The position numbers were made by a program, and so were the translations under genes. This document shows positions 9,337 to 19,332 of a stretch of DNA of 64,000 nt, one piece after another (position 1 is the first letter of the stretch; each line of letters starts with the position of its first letter). This stretch comes from an uncultured Gammaproteobacteria bacterium (GTDB lineage: Bacteria; Pseudomonadota; Gammaproteobacteria; Arenicellales; Arenicellaceae). The notes under the pieces were generated by a model. It had not been told where the DNA came from. It made no database searches and saw only the letters and a list, made by a program, of their open reading frames with translations. The stretch spans positions 6,518 to 70,517 of the forward strand of contig CAZWHW010000003.1 in assembly GCA_964633815.1 (NCBI GenBank), read 5' to 3'.

Positions 9337-10746
9337 TTATTTTATGGATAGTTCAGTCAAAATTCTAGTATGAATACTATCAAAACCACCATTGCTCATT
9401 ATTACTATATGGTCACCCGGTTGAGCAAAATCAATAATTGCATCAAGCAGATTTTTTGTATCAACATATAGTTCGCTGCGATCAGTGTTAAGTTGTTCTG
9501 TTGCCCAATCAGCGTTGTCTGGCACAGAAAAAAAGGTGTAATCAGCACTGCTAACAGCGTCTAAAAGGGTATTTTTATGTATCCCCATTTTCATGGTGTT
9601 AGATCGTGCTTCTACGATTGAAATTACACGAGATTTAGGTTTTTCGGTGCTTTCTTTCTCAGTATTAGTGAGTGAGAGTTTGGCTCTTACTCCTTCGATC
9701 GTGGATTGAATGGCTGTTGGATGATGGGCGAAATCATCATAAACATAGATTTGATTCACTTCTCCTTTGAGCTCTAAGCGCCGTTTAACAGATTTGAATG
9801 AATCTAATGCTTGGCAGGCTTGTTGAAGTGGGACACCTGCATGATGAGCAGCTGCTATAGCCGCGACTGCATTGTTGAGATTGTGCTTGCCAATGAGTCT
9901 CCATTCAATTTGATAGGTTTCTCCTTCATATTTAAGGCTGAACTGTGACCCAGAAGCATTGTCTTTGCGGATGGAAAAGTCCATTAAGTCATTCTTATCT
10001 CCTGAAAAGCTAAATCGTTTTTCTTCACTCCAACAACCTTTTGCGAGAGTGGATTGAATAGATGCTTGTTCACCATTGTAGATAATCTGGCCATTATTCG
10101 GGATGGTTTTGATCAAGTGATGAAATTGATTTTGAATATCTTCCAAAGAATCGAAAATATCGGCATGATCAAATTCTAAATTATTAATGACCAATGTATT
10201 TGGATGATAATGCACAAATTTGGATCGTTTATCAGAAAAAGCCGTGTCATATTCATCAGCTTCAATTACAAAAAAATGCGATTCGCCTAAACGGGCGGAA
10301 ACTCCAAAGTTTTCAGGCACTCCACCAATTAAGAAGCCAGGTGTGTAACCATTATTTTCCAAAATCCATGCTAATAAACTACTAGTAGTCGTTTTGCCAT
10401 GCGTTCCTGAAACTGCCAGAACCCATTTATCATGCAATACATGTTCTGCCAGCCATTGTGCTCCAGAAGTGTAGGGTAATTTATGATTGAGCACGTATTC
10501 AAGCTCAGGGTTGCCTCTAGAAATGGTGTTGCCAATAACGACAATATCGATATCTTTCGAGGCGCTCAGATTTTGTTCATGGTAACCATTGAAAAGTTGT
10601 ACACCTAAAGATTCAAGTTGAGTGCTCATTGGCGGGTAGGTATTTTGGTCGGACCCTTGGACAACATAGCCTAGCTCTTTGGCTAATTTTGCAACTCCAC
10701 CCATAAAAGTGCCGCAGATCCCAATAATATGGATTCGTTTAGTCAT
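9337..10746 (-). CDS. mpl: UDP-N-acetylmuramate:L-alanyl-gamma-D-glutamyl-meso-diaminopimelate ligase (murein peptide ligase)
   Basis: 469 aa, colinear with E. coli Mpl: 'IHIIGICGTFMGGVAKLAKELGY', 'GTHGKTTT', 'FFVIEADEYDTAFSDKRSKFVHY', 'NNLEFDHADIF', 'VMSNGGF'. Confidence 0.9.
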   Translation of the reverse strand: MTKRIHIIGICGTFMGGVAKLAKELGYVVQGSDQNTYPPMSTQLESLGVQLFNGYHEQNLSASKDIDIVVIGNTISRGNPELEYVLNHKLPYTSGAQWLAEHVLHDKWVLAVSGTHGKTTTSSLLAWILENNGYTPGFLIGGVPENFGVSARLGESHFFVIEADEYDTAFSDKRSKFVHYHPNTLVINNLEFDHADIFDSLEDIQNQFHHLIKTIPNNGQIIYNGEQASIQSTLAKGCWSEEKRFSFSGDKNDLMDFSIRKDNASGSQFSLKYEGETYQIEWRLIGKHNLNNAVAAIAAAHHAGVPLQQACQALDSFKSVKRRLELKGEVNQIYVYDDFAHHPTAIQSTIEGVRAKLSLTNTEKESTEKPKSRVISIVEARSNTMKMGIHKNTLLDAVSSADYTFFSVPDNADWATEQLNTDRSELYVDTKNLLDAIIDFAQPGDHIVIMSNGGFDSIHTRILTELSIK

Positions 10747-10771
10747 GTTTAGCTTGCAAAGTTTTTGAATA

Positions 10772-11287
10772 TTAAGTTTGTGATTGAAGCTTTTGCATCG
10801 CTTCCAAATGTTCTTTGAAATGTTCAGGGAAAGCGAAGCTTAATAATATTAATATGGTTAGCTGAATAGTGACAACCATGAAAAAAGCTTGGCCAAAACC
10901 TGTATCAAGTGAATGTTTTAAGATATACATTTGGATGATAAAGCTCCAAATAGCAACTGGTAGAACAAGAATTGGCACTATTAATAAACACAAAAACACG
11001 ATAACGTTGATGATGGTTAATGCACCGTAGGCAGCGAGTAAGGTTTGATGGATTCGGTTTTGTTTTTTATTAATGCTGAGAAACAAAGCCAACATCGCTC
11101 CATAACTACCGACGTGAATTAATGTAAATATAAGAGGGCTGGGATGATTAGGTTGCAAGGCTGAACTCATCAGGCTAGTTAACCAAGCACAAGCGAAAGC
11201 AAGGGTTGTGGCATTAATGTTGAAAGTGGTATCGCTAGGCTTAGCTTTGAAAAAAATAATATCGAATAAAGTGCGAATTGTGGACAT
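10772..11287 (-). CDS. hypothetical inner-membrane protein (about 4-5 TM)
   Basis: The ORF runs 10772-11317 from a TTG; I prefer the ATG at 11287. It has several hydrophobic helices and I recognise no motif. Confidence 0.45.
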   Translation of the reverse strand: MSTIRTLFDIIFFKAKPSDTTFNINATTLAFACAWLTSLMSSALQPNHPSPLIFTLIHVGSYGAMLALFLSINKKQNRIHQTLLAAYGALTIINVIVFLCLLIVPILVLPVAIWSFIIQMYILKHSLDTGFGQAFFMVVTIQLTILILLSFAFPEHFKEHLEAMQKLQSQT

Positions 11288-11354
11288 AATGTTTATCGAT
11301 TGGGTTCGTAAATTCAATAAGGAATGAGTCGTTGGTTCTGCGAGGAAAGTTTAT

Positions 11355-12506
11355 GTGAAAAAGACTAATTTATTTTCTACAAATGATACCATGTACTTAA
11401 ACATGAAGAACGAGCAACATCAATTAATTAACGATAGTCAAACAATCATAGATTTGTGCTCCAAAGCAAATCTTGCTGGCGTTGTTGGCCTTGATACTGA
11501 ATTTATGCGTGAAAAGGCTTATTACGCAGAGCTATGTTTAATTCAATTGTCGATTCAGAATGAGTATTTTTTGATTGATGCTATTGCATTAAATAAAGAT
11601 GATGATGCTTTTCATTGCTTGGCGGAATTAATTTCTAGTTCGAAAATTGTAAAAATTATCCATTCCAGTAGTCAAGATGTTGAAGTGTTGTCACAATTTT
11701 TCAATATTAAACCTCGCGCTGTTTTTGATACGCAAGTTGCGGCTGGCTTTTGTGGTTATGATGGTCAAATTGGCTACGCAAATCTCGTCATGGCGGTATG
11801 TGATGTAGAGTTGGATAAATCACAAACGCGAACAAATTGGCTGCAAAGGCCGCTTTCTCAACAGCAGTTGGACTATGCAGTCAATGATGTTGTCTATTTG
11901 CAAACTTTATATGAAAAGTTTGTCGATGAACTAAGTCACCTTCAACGTCAAGAATGGTTTGCGGAAGAATGTGAGTTAATTGTTCAGTCATCAATCGACA
12001 ATCAAGATCCAGACAAGGCTTATCGGCGTATGAATGGGTCACACTTGCCGTTAAAAAACCAACATTTATTATTTTTCTTATCAAGTTTGCGTGAACAAAA
12101 TGCTCAATCTAGTAATAAACCTCGGCCATGGATTTTAAAAGATGCAGATATTTATGAAATTGCTAATGCGTTGCCAAATAATCACCAAGCGCTTTTTTCA
12201 TTAGATGTTTCAGCTGGTTTTGTTAAACGAAATGCGGATAACATTATTCAGTTTGTACTTGATATTGAAGATAAACCAAAAATGCTGTGGCCAGCAGTTA
12301 AACCATTTACGCATGAACAAAAGGCTCAAGTAAAAAAATGTAGCTTAAAATTGAGCGAAATTTCTGAAAACACAGGTGTTTCTCGTAATTTAATTGCTAA
12401 TCGTAAGGATATTGAATCGTATATTAGTGGTCGTGGTGCTAGGTTCGAACACGGCTGGAGAGCACAATTAGTTGGCGATGAATTATCCAGCTTTTTAACG
12501 TTTTAG
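11355..12506 (+). CDS. rnd: ribonuclease D
   Basis: DEDD exonuclease block 'GLDTEFMREKAYYAELCLIQL', plus 'IIHSSSQDVEVL' and 'LDYAVNDVVYL'. The GTG at 11355 has a GAGGA Shine-Dalgarno 8 nt upstream. Internal ATGs at 11391 and 11403 are alternative starts. Confidence 0.85.
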   Translation: MKKTNLFSTNDTMYLNMKNEQHQLINDSQTIIDLCSKANLAGVVGLDTEFMREKAYYAELCLIQLSIQNEYFLIDAIALNKDDDAFHCLAELISSSKIVKIIHSSSQDVEVLSQFFNIKPRAVFDTQVAAGFCGYDGQIGYANLVMAVCDVELDKSQTRTNWLQRPLSQQQLDYAVNDVVYLQTLYEKFVDELSHLQRQEWFAEECELIVQSSIDNQDPDKAYRRMNGSHLPLKNQHLLFFLSSLREQNAQSSNKPRPWILKDADIYEIANALPNNHQALFSLDVSAGFVKRNADNIIQFVLDIEDKPKMLWPAVKPFTHEQKAQVKKCSLKLSEISENTGVSRNLIANRKDIESYISGRGARFEHGWRAQLVGDELSSFLTF

Positions 12507-12510
12507 ATTC

Positions 12511-12554
12511 GTTCAGCTTAGGTTCATATTTCATTCAGTTAGCGTTCAGTTAGC
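12511..12554 (+). promoter_or_regulatory. array of four 11-bp phased direct repeats (TTCA[G/T]); candidate OmpR/PhoB-family response-regulator binding site
   Basis: TTCAG at 12512, TTCAT at 12523, TTCAG at 12534 and TTCAG at 12545. The last two 11-mers are 10/11 identical. The array lies just upstream of a TAAACT -10-like hexamer (12561-12566) and of the ycfJ-like gene. Confidence 0.4.
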
Positions 12555-12613
12555 TTTCGTTAAACTGCAACCATCGAAACAAAAGATTAAAAATTTTATT
12601 TTGGAGGTTGATT

Positions 12614-13174
12614 ATGAAAACTTTTAAGAAAACAGCATTAAGTCTTACCATTGGCGCTTTAGCATTGGCTGCAACATCTGCTCATGCGGGCAAACATTCT
12701 AGGCACTATGAAAATTTTGATTACGCTAAAGTGATTAATGTTCATCCTGTGACTAAGCAAGTAAAATATTCTGAGCCAGTTCGTCATTGTTATGATAAAA
12801 AGGTACGGTATGAATCACCACGTAAGCATTATAGTCATAAAAATGAAATTGTTGGTGCTTTGATTGGTGCTGCGGTAGGAAATCGAGTAGGCAAGAGGAT
12901 TGGTGGCCGAAATGGTCGAGATATTGCTACAGCAGCAGGCGCTGTGATTGGTGGAGTAATTGGCCATGAGAACTCTCGTAAACATTATGGTAAACACTCA
13001 TCAGGTTATTACAAAACAGTCCAGTATTGTGATACCAGCCATAAAGTTCACTATGAAGATAAGGTTGTTGCCTATAAAGTGACTTATAAATATAGAGGTC
13101 AAATTTATAAGACTCGTACAAATTATCACCCAGGCGATAGTTTGAAAGTGCGTGTTAATGTTGCTCCATATTAA
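12614..13174 (+). CDS. glycine-zipper 2TM outer-membrane protein, YcfJ-like
   Basis: Signal peptide 'MKTFKKTALSLTIGALALAATSAHA'. The Gly-zipper 'VGALIGAAVGNRVGKRIGGRNGRDIATAAGAVIGGVIGH' is flanked by beta-rich segments, colinear with E. coli YcfJ as recalled. A GGAGG Shine-Dalgarno lies upstream. Confidence 0.75.
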   Translation: MKTFKKTALSLTIGALALAATSAHAGKHSRHYENFDYAKVINVHPVTKQVKYSEPVRHCYDKKVRYESPRKHYSHKNEIVGALIGAAVGNRVGKRIGGRNGRDIATAAGAVIGGVIGHENSRKHYGKHSSGYYKTVQYCDTSHKVHYEDKVVAYKVTYKYRGQIYKTRTNYHPGDSLKVRVNVAPY

Positions 13175-13261
13175 TCTTAGCTAGTTTGAATTGATGATTT
13201 TTAGTTAAATTCAGCAAGTAGGAGTGTTATGCTCTGCTTGCTGATGATTTTAGGATAAGCC

Positions 13262-13543
13262 ATGCAATATTTCTTAGTCTATAAAAAAATAACCCTTCAC
13301 TTGGTAATGAGTGTAATTTTTTTGTTGAGTACAGCTTTGTTGGACACGACAAGCAATTTCGTGGCTTTGGCAAAAAGTAATCAAGCGAGCCAAAAGGCGA
13401 TGAGGCTCGCAGAAAAACAAACAAAGGGAAAAGCCTTAAAGACTAAATACTTTGAGCAAGGCAATAAAAAAGGTTACAAGGTACGTATCCTTAAAGAAGG
13501 CAAAGTTAGCCACATTTTTATTGATTTAAACAAGCTTAATTAA
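13262..13543 (+). CDS. small secreted PepSY-like protein
   Basis: 93 aa with an AGGA Shine-Dalgarno 6 nt upstream and an N-terminal hydrophobic segment. The C-terminal 'AMRLAEKQTKGKALKTKYFEQGNKKGYKVRILKEGKVSHIFIDL' resembles a PepSY domain. Such genes often precede two-component operons. Confidence 0.5.
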   Translation: MQYFLVYKKITLHLVMSVIFLLSTALLDTTSNFVALAKSNQASQKAMRLAEKQTKGKALKTKYFEQGNKKGYKVRILKEGKVSHIFIDLNKLN

Positions 13544-13561
13544 ACTAATTGTTTTAAGTAT

Positions 13562-14233
13562 ATGAGAATTCTTGTTGCTGAAGACGAACAGAATATTCGA
13601 GAACATATTGAGCAGCGACTAACTGAAAAAGGCTATATCGTCGATGCAGTCGATAATGGCGCCGATGCGTTATATTGCGGGGAAGAATACGCGATTGATC
13701 TGGCTGTTATTGATTTAGGTTTGCCCAAAATTGAAGGCATTGAAGTCATACAAACCCTTAGGCAGCAAGGTAAGGATTTTCCAATTATTATTTTGACCGC
13801 GAGAAGTCGTTGGCAAGAGAAGGTTGAAGGTTTAGAAGCTGGTGCAGATGATTATTTGACCAAACCTTTTCATATTGAGGAATTAATGGCTCGCATCAAT
13901 GTTTTGGTTCGCAGAGTGGCTGGTCAGTCTGAAAACGTTTTGACAAATGGTGGCTTGACCTTAGATGTAGGAACTCAGGTAGTCAAACTAGCTGGTGAAA
14001 AAATTGATTTGACAGCTTATGAATACCGTTTATTGCATTATTTGATGTTGAATTTAAACAAAGTGATTTCTAAAACGGAATTAGTTGAACACATTTACGC
14101 TGAAGATAACGATAAGGATAGTAATACAATAGAAGTTTTTGTGCGCCGTTTGCGTAAGAAATTAGATCCAAAAACTGAATTGAAGCCCATTGAGACCTTG
14201 CGCGGGCGTGGTTATCGTTTGGTGAAAATGTAA
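13562..14233 (+). CDS. phoP: OmpR-family response regulator, PhoP-like
   Basis: 223 aa. '[42 protein letters not shown]' is very close to the E. coli PhoP block '[41 protein letters not shown]'. It has a winged-helix C-terminus ('TLRGRGYRL'). Confidence 0.75.
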   Translation: [223 protein letters not shown]

Positions 14234-14261
14234 GGATGGTCCGTTGGACAAGTAAGCAATT

Positions 14262-15644
14262 ATGCTGAGTGTTTTTCGTAACTTATCTTTGCGTCAACGA
14301 GCAGCATTTGCTGCTGCAATAACATTATTATTTTTTTTCTCATTATCGGCTTTGGGCTTGTTGCGTGCTTACGATGACACTTTGAATAATGCTGCCGAAG
14401 GAGAGTTGCGGGCATATATGTTGTCATTGCTAGGTGCTATTGATGTAGATGATGAAGGTAAGTTTAGTTTGGAGGATTTGTCAGTATCGGCCTTTAGTCA
14501 GCCAAATTCAGGTGTCTATGCTGAGGTTTGGCAAGAAAAGCAATTATTATGGAGGTCTGATTCTTTAGTTAGTCAAGTATTGCCGCGTGTGGATACAAGT
14601 CTAGGCCAATATCGTTTTATTTCCAATATTACGGGTAGTTCTGAGTTCTCAGGAAATAGTGCTAGCGAAGATTTAGCCAATAATATATTGAGTCTGAAGA
14701 TAGCGTGGGATGATGGTTCGATTTCCGAGCAATTTTTATTAATTGTTGCCAATGATGCAGCACCATTTCAAGGGCGTCAGCAAGAATATAGAAAACGTTT
14801 GTTTTTGTGGTTATTGGGTTTAGGTTCTGTATTAGTTTCTTTGCAAGTTTTATTGTTTAAATGGTTGCTCCAGCCTTTAAGAAGAGTAGTTGGGGAATTG
14901 TCGCAAATTAAAGCTGGCCAACAACAAGAATTTTCAGAACAACATCCAGCTGAAGTGAAAGTCTTAACGCAAAGTTTGAATCGTTTTTTTGAAACTGAAG
15001 GTCGACACATTAAGCAAGTCAAACAAAGTCTGGCGAACTTGGCACATAGTCTCAAAACGCCTTTGGCTGTTCTCCAGGCTGAGATTTCAAATCAGAAAAA
15101 TGATCGAAATGCTTTACAGGAGCAATTGGACCGAATTAGCACGATTGTTAATTATCAATTAAACCGCACTAGCAGTTCAGTGAAACCTAGTTATCGTCCA
15201 ACGGTTGAGTGTTATGAATTAGTGGACAAATTGATCAGGGTATTGCAACGTTTGCATGAATCAAAGGGTATTATCTTTAATAGCAATGTTGCAGAGGGTT
15301 TGGTTTTTAAAGGAGACAATGATGATCTTGCCGAGGTCTTGGGTAATGTTTTAGAAAATGCCTGCAAATGGGCTAATAGTACGATTTCAGTGACTGCTTT
15401 TAATGATGAAAATCAAATGCTGATCATACAAGTTCTTGATGATGGTCCGGGCATTCCTGAAGGTAAAAGGGCAACCGTTTTACAACGAGGCAAGCGACTC
15501 GACGAAAAAACTGAAGGTCAAGGTATTGGTTTGGCTATGGTCAGCGATATTGTTGATTCTTATCAAGGAGAAATTACTTTAAAGCCGGCTACATTAATTG
15601 ATTCTAGTTACAAATCAGGTTTGGCGGTACACATTCAGCTTTAA
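14262..15644 (+). CDS. phoQ: sensor histidine kinase, PhoQ-like
   Basis: 460 aa with two TM segments flanking a periplasmic domain. H-box 'LAHSLKTPLAVLQ', N-box 'LGNVLENACKW' and G-boxes 'DDGPGIP' and 'GQGIGLAMV' are colinear with E. coli PhoQ. Confidence 0.7.
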   Translation: MLSVFRNLSLRQRAAFAAAITLLFFFSLSALGLLRAYDDTLNNAAEGELRAYMLSLLGAIDVDDEGKFSLEDLSVSAFSQPNSGVYAEVWQEKQLLWRSDSLVSQVLPRVDTSLGQYRFISNITGSSEFSGNSASEDLANNILSLKIAWDDGSISEQFLLIVANDAAPFQGRQQEYRKRLFLWLLGLGSVLVSLQVLLFKWLLQPLRRVVGELSQIKAGQQQEFSEQHPAEVKVLTQSLNRFFETEGRHIKQVKQSLANLAHSLKTPLAVLQAEISNQKNDRNALQEQLDRISTIVNYQLNRTSSSVKPSYRPTVECYELVDKLIRVLQRLHESKGIIFNSNVAEGLVFKGDNDDLAEVLGNVLENACKWANSTISVTAFNDENQMLIIQVLDDGPGIPEGKRATVLQRGKRLDEKTEGQGIGLAMVSDIVDSYQGEITLKPATLIDSSYKSGLAVHIQL

Positions 15645-15685
15645 TGCCTTTATGCGCAATTCGAGGCTAATTGTGTATAGTTTTA

Positions 15686-16738
15686 TTACTTTAGATTGTT
15701 AAACCTTTTTTCTGCTTCGCCGCTCTCTAGAGCGACTTTAATTAAAGCTACCGCTCGATTTATAGGTATATTTTTCGCTTTAGATAAAATTGGTGCGGAA
15801 GTTGCAATTAGCATTTGATATTTAGCACTGTTCGGTTCTTTTAGAACTGTGTTGATAGGTGCTAACCGGATAGATCGGCGAGTTTTTGTGCCAGTGTGCA
15901 AGCGCATTAAACCAACAGGTGTTTCGTCAATTCCTTTTTTAGATAAAATGTTTTCTTCCATGAAATACGTTCTCAAGGGTTTATTTAATGATGGAGAAAT
16001 GCCGCCTTCTAGTCCTTTAATCAATAAAGAGTTGTCAAAGCCAGATAAATTAGCCATAGCGCCATAAATTTTAGGATACGCTTTGTGTACGTAACCAATA
16101 GCTAGATGGTTGCTTTTTGCTTTTATGGGCATTAATAGTCTTTCGAGCGTAGTCAATGCCGTGCGTTTAACCATTTTGTCTCGAAATAATCGTAAATTGA
16201 ATAATTTTGGACAAAAAACAGATTGATCCAGATAGGCCCAGCCGCAGTTATTTTTATGCAATAATTTGCTAGCTTGTTTTAAACTAAGATCAACTGGCAT
16301 GTTGTTCGCCTGATAGGTTTGGTGAGCAGTTATACCAAATTTAGGCCCAATACTTTGCACTCCTTGAATAATAGTTGGAAGTCCGCAGGCGGCAAGAACG
16401 GCAGGAACGTAAGGTGTTACTGGTGTGCTGCGACTATAACCATCATAGGGTTCGGCGATGTAAGCTAATTGTGGTAAATCAATCTCAATTTGTGGTGTGA
16501 ACTCAATCAATGCTTTTAAGATGCCTGCATATTCAAGCAATGATTCACTTTTCATGCGCAAACCAATGAGAAATAAAGCTGCATGAGTTTCATCGGCATC
16601 TCCAGTTAAAATGGCTTTAGTTGCTTTGTAGGCTTCCGACTTGGTGAGGTCCTTGCCCCGATTAGGGCCAACTGCTATCTTGGCAATAATGTCGCGCATT
16701 AAAGTTTCAGTTGGTTCTCGTTTAATTTGAATAGTCAT
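15686..16738 (-). CDS. glycosyl transferase family 3 fold protein, TrpD2/YbiB-like
   Basis: 350 aa. The N-terminal 'RDIIAKIAVGPNRGKDLTKSEAYKATKAILTGDADETHAALFLIGLRMKSES' parallels E. coli YbiB 'RKIIKEIGRGKNHARDLDRDTARGLYAHMLNGEVPDLELGGVLIALRIKGEG'. I found no GTGGD PRPP-binding motif. Confidence 0.55.
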   Translation of the reverse strand: MTIQIKREPTETLMRDIIAKIAVGPNRGKDLTKSEAYKATKAILTGDADETHAALFLIGLRMKSESLLEYAGILKALIEFTPQIEIDLPQLAYIAEPYDGYSRSTPVTPYVPAVLAACGLPTIIQGVQSIGPKFGITAHQTYQANNMPVDLSLKQASKLLHKNNCGWAYLDQSVFCPKLFNLRLFRDKMVKRTALTTLERLLMPIKAKSNHLAIGYVHKAYPKIYGAMANLSGFDNSLLIKGLEGGISPSLNKPLRTYFMEENILSKKGIDETPVGLMRLHTGTKTRRSIRLAPINTVLKEPNSAKYQMLIATSAPILSKAKNIPINRAVALIKVALESGEAEKRFNNLK

Positions 16739-16840
16739 GAGTTTTTTTTTAAATTTATTCGGTTCATTCTAACCATTAATTTAATAATTTTCTACGAGTA
16801 AGCCATTGGTCGTTGAGTATAAGTTGGTTACCATTCGATT

Positions 16841-18220
16841 ATGCAAAATTATCCTATATTTGTTGATTTAAATGATCAGCCTTGTCTTGTTGTTGGTGGT
16901 GGTGAAGTTGCTGCCCGAAAAATCCGTTTGCAACTATCGGCTGGAGCGGACATTACTATTATTTCTCCAGAATTATCTGATGTCATCCGTAATGAGATGT
17001 TAGATCATGTTATCTATATACAACGAGAGTTTCGAGATAGTGATATTGACGGTTATCGTTTAATCACAGCGGCAACAGATAATGCCTCAGTCAATCGGAA
17101 AGTTTCAGAGCTGGCGCAAGCTCGCAATGTGCCAGTTAATGTGGTTGATCAACCACACTTGTGTAGCTTTATCACGCCTTCTATTGTTGATCGAGGGGTA
17201 GTGACTATTGCGGTTTCTACTGGCGGAGGTGCGCCAGTGATGGCGCGAAATTTACGTGGCAAAATAGAAGCGGTTATTCCTGAGAATTACAAACATCTTG
17301 CTCAAGCGATGCAAGATAATCGTGAACTAGCAAAGTCAATTTTACCTGATGAAGATCAACGTCGTCGATTTTGGGATAAGGTTATGCAGGGGAATATTGC
17401 TGAATTGTTTTTATCAGGCCGCTTGGAACAAGGCAGGTCGGCATTAAGTGAAGCTTTTCAATCTGATAGCTATATCAAAGATGAAGGCGTTGGAGAAGTG
17501 TGGCTAATTGGTGCAGGGCCGGGTGACCCCGACTTGCTAACTTTTCGGGCTCTACGACTGATGCAGCAGTGTGATGTTGTTTTGCATGATGCTTTAGTAA
17601 GTGATGAAATTTTGAATTTATGTCGCCGCGATGCTGATCGTGTCTATGTGGGTAAGCGTCGCTCTGACCATGCTGTTCCACAAAAGGGTATTAATCAATT
17701 ATTGATTAGCTTGGCTCGTGAAGGCAAGCGAGTCGTACGCTTAAAAGGTGGTGATCCTTTTATTTTTGGTCGTGGCGGTGAAGAGATTGAAGAATTGTGT
17801 GATGCAGAAATCCCTTTTCAAATTGTGCCTGGAATCACGTCAGCAAGTGGTTGTGCCACCTATGCTGGAATTCCATTAACTCATCGGGATCACGCTCAAT
17901 CAGTGACCTTTGTTGCAGGTCATTTAAAAGGTGGATATGCTAATTTAGATTGGCCTCACTTAGCGAATTCTAGACAAACTTTAGTAATATATATGGGGTT
18001 GATTGGTTTGCCAGTTATTTGTTCAAAATTGATTGAGCATGGATTATCAGCTAAAACGCCAGTTGCCATAATAGAAAAAGGCACGACGCCAGAACAGCGA
18101 GTGATAACAGGGACTTTAAGCAATATGTCAAAAAAGATAGAATCGGAAAAAATTCAAGCACCCACATTGATTATTATTGGTAGTGTAGTCACTCTTCAAG
18201 AGAAATTGAGTTGGTTGTGA
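16841..18220 (+). CDS. cysG: siroheme synthase (precorrin-2 dehydrogenase / sirohydrochlorin ferrochelatase / uroporphyrinogen-III C-methyltransferase)
   Basis: 459 aa. N-terminal Rossmann motif 'VVGGGEVAARK'. C-terminal methylase blocks 'VWLIGAGPGDPDLLT' and 'RLKGGDPFIFGRGGEE'. Confidence 0.9.
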   Translation: MQNYPIFVDLNDQPCLVVGGGEVAARKIRLQLSAGADITIISPELSDVIRNEMLDHVIYIQREFRDSDIDGYRLITAATDNASVNRKVSELAQARNVPVNVVDQPHLCSFITPSIVDRGVVTIAVSTGGGAPVMARNLRGKIEAVIPENYKHLAQAMQDNRELAKSILPDEDQRRRFWDKVMQGNIAELFLSGRLEQGRSALSEAFQSDSYIKDEGVGEVWLIGAGPGDPDLLTFRALRLMQQCDVVLHDALVSDEILNLCRRDADRVYVGKRRSDHAVPQKGINQLLISLAREGKRVVRLKGGDPFIFGRGGEEIEELCDAEIPFQIVPGITSASGCATYAGIPLTHRDHAQSVTFVAGHLKGGYANLDWPHLANSRQTLVIYMGLIGLPVICSKLIEHGLSAKTPVAIIEKGTTPEQRVITGTLSNMSKKIESEKIQAPTLIIIGSVVTLQEKLSWL

Positions 18221-18331
18221 TAACCCTGGTTTGATTTAAGCGCTAAGTTTTCGTACCGCGATTGAATCTGATGGTGCTATACTCCGCCAAATATTTTACG
18301 TAACAAATTTTTAAGTAACACTGAATGATTT

Positions 18332-19306
18332 ATGGACCATTTAGAATTTGAACAGCCTATCGTTGAGTTGCAGCAAAAAATTGCTGAACTGAAGAAACTT
18401 TCTGATAACGACCTAATTGATGAGAAGGAAAAAGTTGACATTTCTGAAGAACTCGGGCGTTTGCGTAGCAAGTGCGGAAAATTGGAATCGAATATTTTTT
18501 CATCATTGGATCCATGGCAAGTTTCGCAACTCTCGCGTCATCCGCAACGGCCGTATACTATGGATTATATCAATCTAATTTTTGATGACTTCCAAGAGCT
18601 GCATGGTGACCGAATGTTTTCTGATGACCGTGCATTAATTGGTGGTACCGCACGTTTTAATGGTCAGCCTGTGATGGTTATTGGTCATGAAAAAGGCCGT
18701 AAAACTAATGATAAAATCAGGCATAATTTTGGTATGCCACGACCAGAAGGCTATCGAAAAGCATTACGTCTAATGAAATTGGCTGAACGCTTTGATATGC
18801 CAATTATTACTTTTATAGACACGCCTGGGGCTTATCCAGGTGTGGGTGCTGAAGAGCGTGGTCAAAGTGAAGCAATCGCTCGCAATTTGTTTGAAATGGC
18901 AAAATTGACTGTGCCGGTAATTTCTATTGTTATAGGAGAAGGTGGTTCAGGTGGTGCCTTGGCTATTGGTGTTGGTGATAGATTGCTGATGTTGCAATAT
19001 TCGATCTATTCAGTTATTTCTCCTGAAGGTTGCGCATCAATTTTGTGGAAGAGTGCTGAAAAAGCTAAAGAGGCAGCAGAAGCTTTGAAACTCACTGCAG
19101 AGAATCTACTTGAACTTGGATTGATTGATGAAGTGATTGATGAGCCAGTTGGTGGAGCACATCGTGATATTGATACGACGGTGGAAAACATTACTGAAGC
19201 ATTGCAGCGTCATTTAAGTGAAGTGAAGCGCAGTATATTAAGTAATGAAGAATTATTAGAACAGCGTTATAAGCGAATAACCGCTTATGGTCGTTTCGAA
19301 GAGTAA
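18332..19306 (+). CDS. accA: acetyl-CoA carboxylase carboxyltransferase subunit alpha
   Basis: 324 aa. '[14 protein letters not shown]', '[25 protein letters not shown]' and '[13 protein letters not shown]' match AccA. Confidence 0.92.
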   Translation: MDHLEFEQPIVELQQKIAELKKLSDNDLIDEKEKVDISEELGRLRSKCGKLESNIFSSLDPWQVSQLSRHPQRPYTMDYINLIFDDFQELHGDRMFSDDRALIGGTARFNGQPVMVIGHEKGRKTNDKIRHNFGMPRPEGYRKALRLMKLAERFDMPIITFIDTPGAYPGVGAEERGQSEAIARNLFEMAKLTVPVISIVIGEGGSGGALAIGVGDRLLMLQYSIYSVISPEGCASILWKSAEKAKEAAEALKLTAENLLELGLIDEVIDEPVGGAHRDIDTTVENITEALQRHLSEVKRSILSNEELLEQRYKRITAYGRFEE

Positions 19307-19332
19307 ATTAAGCTAATTATCGAGGAATAAGT

